DNA of 64,000 bases, from positions 1,366,001-1,430,000 of the forward strand of contig MU054391.1 in assembly GCA_013239625.1 (NCBI GenBank), read 5' to 3'. A model generated the notes under the pieces. It was given only the letters and a program-made list of their open reading frames with translations, was not told the origin of the DNA and searched no databases. Each line of letters starts with the position of its first letter. Positions within the stretch are counted from its first letter, which is position 1. The translations under genes and the position numbers were made by a program. Source of the stretch: Lama guanicoe. Its lineage: Eukaryota. Positions 60,787 to 64,000 of this stretch are shown piece after piece.

Positions 60787-62675
60787 GGATCCTCCATGTT
60801 TTGGCAACAGACCCATTTTCACTGATTCTGCAGATAAATTTATAACAGAATTATCATTCCCCATATTCCAAGCAGTGTTCTGAGCACCACGGAAAAACAG
60901 ACATGGCCTGGACAAGCCCTCCCCCCAAAGTGCGGGGTCCCCAGGCATGGTGGCCAGGACCACCGTGCTCCGGCGTCATTATCAGCAGTGCTCCCGTCCC
61001 CTCCCCAGAGTCTCAGCTGGGACAGTAACTCAGACGGTCACTTACCTTGAGCAAACAGCTCACAATCTGGAACAGGACGGGGACGTGTGACGACGATTCT
61101 AATGCCAGGTCTGAAGCATGAGAGGGAACATTGGAGCTGGGAGCACAGGGCGGGCAGGACGTCCCCCCGACACGTGGACAGGAGCAGAAGCAACACTGTG
61201 CAGCCGGGGCAGGAGCCGCCTCCGGCAAGCATTGTGCGTGGAGCCACGGGAGCCCCGAGGTTTGGGCTCAGACCCCAGCAGCCAAGTGCCCACAGCCGCG
61301 GGGAGGCGTGGAGCGCCCTGCATTCAGTTAGAGGCAGGAGGGGGACGTTGCGTGAGCCCCGTGAGCCCGCTGAACGTCTCTTCTCTCGCGACAGCGCGGG
61401 GCAGCAGCGCCCCCGGTGCCCCGGAGGACTCAGAGGGGAGACGGGGCTGCTGCGTAAGGAGGCCTCAGGGCTTCCAGACGTCATTAAGCTGTCCATACGA
61501 TCAGCATTTGCAAATAATCAAGCCCCTGCACACCATGGGTGCCAAATAAATGTAAATACGATCGAACACAGTAACCGTCACACACACATCGACACCTGGC
61601 TCTCGGACCAGCCAGCCTGAGACACGTGGGCGTGTCGGACTCTCAGGAGCGTGCAGTCAGACGATGCCGGGGACCCTTCCCTTCTCCCAGAGGAGACAAG
61701 TCAGTTGCTCTGCACCCCGACCTCCCCGGAGCTCAGCCGCCGCAGTTTTTACAGCATTCATCTCAGACGCAGTGTGGGGCGGCGTTAAACGTGTGTGAGA
61801 TTACCGTGAACTGCAATTAACTTTGTTTTGAAAACTCCCAGCACCCCCTGGGATGATTCGAGGCATGGCAGGCTTTCAGAGTCATTTCCCTCGCCCTCCA
61901 GTAATTCCGCTGGAAGGCGTGCCCAGCCTGAGAATGCAGCTGAGAGCGTCTCGCCACCCGACCTGGGAGAGAGCGCGGAAGCTCACGTAAAACCCTGGCA
62001 CGTCTGTGCAGGTCCCGTGCGCCTGTGCGCGAGCCGAGGGGGCCAGGATGACACAGGAGCCCCCGCAGAAGCGCAGAGCTGCCAGGCCGAGGTGGGGAGA
62101 GACGGATGAAGGGGGCCGGGATGACTGTAGCCTCGGGGTGTAAGGCAGAAAGCTCCCATTTCTCTCCAAAGATTCCATCGCTGATCCCTGAATTGAACAA
62201 TTTCACTAAACACACAAATAAGGAGAGGCAGTTAACATCCACTTTAATAAATAATCGTTCCGCACTTTGACAAGCCAGACTCCGCTTAGGTCCTGGGGTG
62301 GAGGGAGTGATGGGGGGACACGGGAAGATAAATAAGTCATAATCCTCGTCCTGGAGGAGCCCTCTGCCGCACACATGCATAATTCAAGGCAGACGGGCTG
62401 CGTCTTAAAAGAGGAAGAAATGTTTATCCCCGACTGGGATCCAGCAGGGAGAACAAGGCACTTCATCTGCATCTTGAAGACAGAGGAGGGTTTCAGCTGG
62501 GAGAGCAGGGGGAGATGAGAGGCTTTGCAGACAAAGAGCAGCGTGGAAAGGCAAGGAGGCAGGGAGGCAGGGCGGACCTCAGGGTGGTGCCAAGTCGGAT
62601 GGCAGAGTGGGAGCCGGAGGGGCACGGGCGGCACGGGGGAACATGTGAAGCAGGGCTCGCCTCTGACGCCCCCTG

Positions 62676-62878
62676 CCACACGCACACACGTACCTGTGCA
62701 CCCGTGCACAACCCTCCCCCACAGGTGCACGCTCACATACCACAAATGCATATTCACCATGCACACGCATGCCTGCTCACAGACGTGCACACACACGCTC
62801 ACAGTGTGCATGCACCCCCACCTGCATGCTCACACTCTCCTCACGCTCGCATGCACACCTGCTCACATGCACACGCAG
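62676..62878. repeat. Degenerate CA/CACG/CATG low-complexity repeat
   Basis: Direct reading. It produces the His/Thr/Ala- and Val/Cys-rich spurious ORFs here. Confidence 0.85.
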
Positions 62879-63544
62879 CGGGGAGCGCCCAAGCCCAGAG
62901 CACTGGGCTCACGGCGCCCCGCTCCTCGCAGCAGCCGCCAGCCTGGGCCCCCAGCTCAGGGCGCAGGGAGCAGGCGCCCTGGGGTAACAAGGAGACGCTT
63001 GTCCAGAGGCCTCGACATGAACCCGGCGGCAGCCCTAACGCAGGTCTCAGGCGGAGGGTCATTCTTGGAGTGAGGGGTGCCTGCCTCTGTCCATCCCGGA
63101 GAAGAGGACACACGGAAAGCCAGCAGGAGAGGCCCTTCCACGCCCAGTCCCTCTCCTCCTCGCAGCCCACCCGCAAGGAGACGCTCACACGGACGCAGGC
63201 ACACCGGGGAACGTGGATGTGACCGAGACAGAGGTCCTCTGGGGCCCGGGCGGGAGGCTCCCGGGGAGGAGACCCCATGCGTCTTCCTCCTCCACCCCGC
63301 CTGGCCCTGTGGTGTCTGCACCTGCCCCTGGACGGGCCCTCGGGTGACAGTGGCCCAGCTTACCCAGTCCGGGACCCCCGCCCGGAGACACCCCACAGGG
63401 GATGGCGCGGGGTCTCAGGCTCTCCCCTTGACAGCCGAGTGGAACAGGCACCAGTCACACATCAGATACGCTCACCTCTCCATCGTCCACGGATGGGACA
63501 CACGCACGACACACACTCCTGAAACACAGGTGGGTTCCGGCAAC

Positions 63545-64000
63545 CAGACAATGAAAAGGAGAGAAATATGACAGGAAACAGGTAAGCCAGTCTCACATAC
63601 AAACACCAAAAGGCTAAACAAAATATTGCCGAACTGAGTAGAGGATGTTTTGAAAAATATCAAATAAGGTGTATACCACTAATGCAGGAATAATTCCCAA
63701 AGTACATTACTGTAATTTACCACGTTAATACACTAAAGGAGAAAAAATAATCACCCTAACAAACGCAGAACCAGCTGTTTGGTAAGATTACAAACCATTA
63801 GAGATGGGAGAGAAGTGATTCAAAAAAGAGGAAGAGACCGACCTTCCTAGTGGAGAAAGACAGCAAGGAGTAACCCAGAGCAAACCTCACGCTCACGCTG
63901 GAACTTCAGGGTTAGAAAGGCAACTGTAGTGGTTGCAAACGGTTTTCTTTACAGAATCATCCTTGCTTAGGGGGTTCCAGCCAGCTCGGTAACAAAAGAA
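63545..64000 (+). mobile_element. Ancient LINE-1 ORF2 (RT region) remnant, running off the window end
   Basis: AAGCCAGTCTCACATACAAAC...CTAAACAAAATATTG...TAATTTACCACGTTAATACACTAAAGGAGAAAAA...GCAGAA. Confidence 0.75.

Noticed and set aside
62206..63222. Overlapping 180-235-aa ORFs rich in His/Thr/Ala or Val/Cys
   Set aside because: These are translations of a degenerate CA-rich simple repeat.
1..64000. Naming a host gene
   Set aside because: No exon translates to a protein I recognise. An excess of plus-strand L1 pieces only weakly suggests a minus-strand host. A BLAT or liftOver to an annotated genome is needed.

Overview
Mammalian, GC/CpG-rich genomic DNA, most likely camelid (alpaca, llama or camel). 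The species inference rests on four copies of a short tRNA-Ala-derived SINE of the Vic-1 type. I cannot recognise any host protein-coding exon, RNA gene or CRISPR array. The only ORFs with recognisable homology are broken LINE-1 ORF1p/ORF2p fragments; the rest look like chance ORFs in GC-rich DNA. The window looks like a long intron or intergenic region. It carries old and younger LINE-1 pieces (a nested cluster at about 20.5-29.1 kb), three ERV1-type solo LTRs, MaLR/ERVL LTRs (MLT1/MLT2), L2/MIR relics, two Tc1/mariner-pogo-type MITEs, micro- and minisatellites, and several CpG-rich enhancer-like blocks. The most notable unexplained structures are: (1) a 22-bp complementary pair 1.3 kb apart that forms an uninterrupted helix only in minus-strand RNA; (2) a ~200-bp fold-back palindrome inside an L1 3'UTR; (3) several small minus-strand exon candidates, including a 21-nt one with a consensus donor; (4) a recursive-splice-like CAG|GTAAGT motif inside a template-switch scar; (5) a systematic AT-to-GC drift of old repeats. 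None of these amounts to a demonstrated new system. Repeat family names come from my recollection of consensus sequences and need RepeatMasker/Dfam confirmation. Boundaries are approximate unless a TSD is given.
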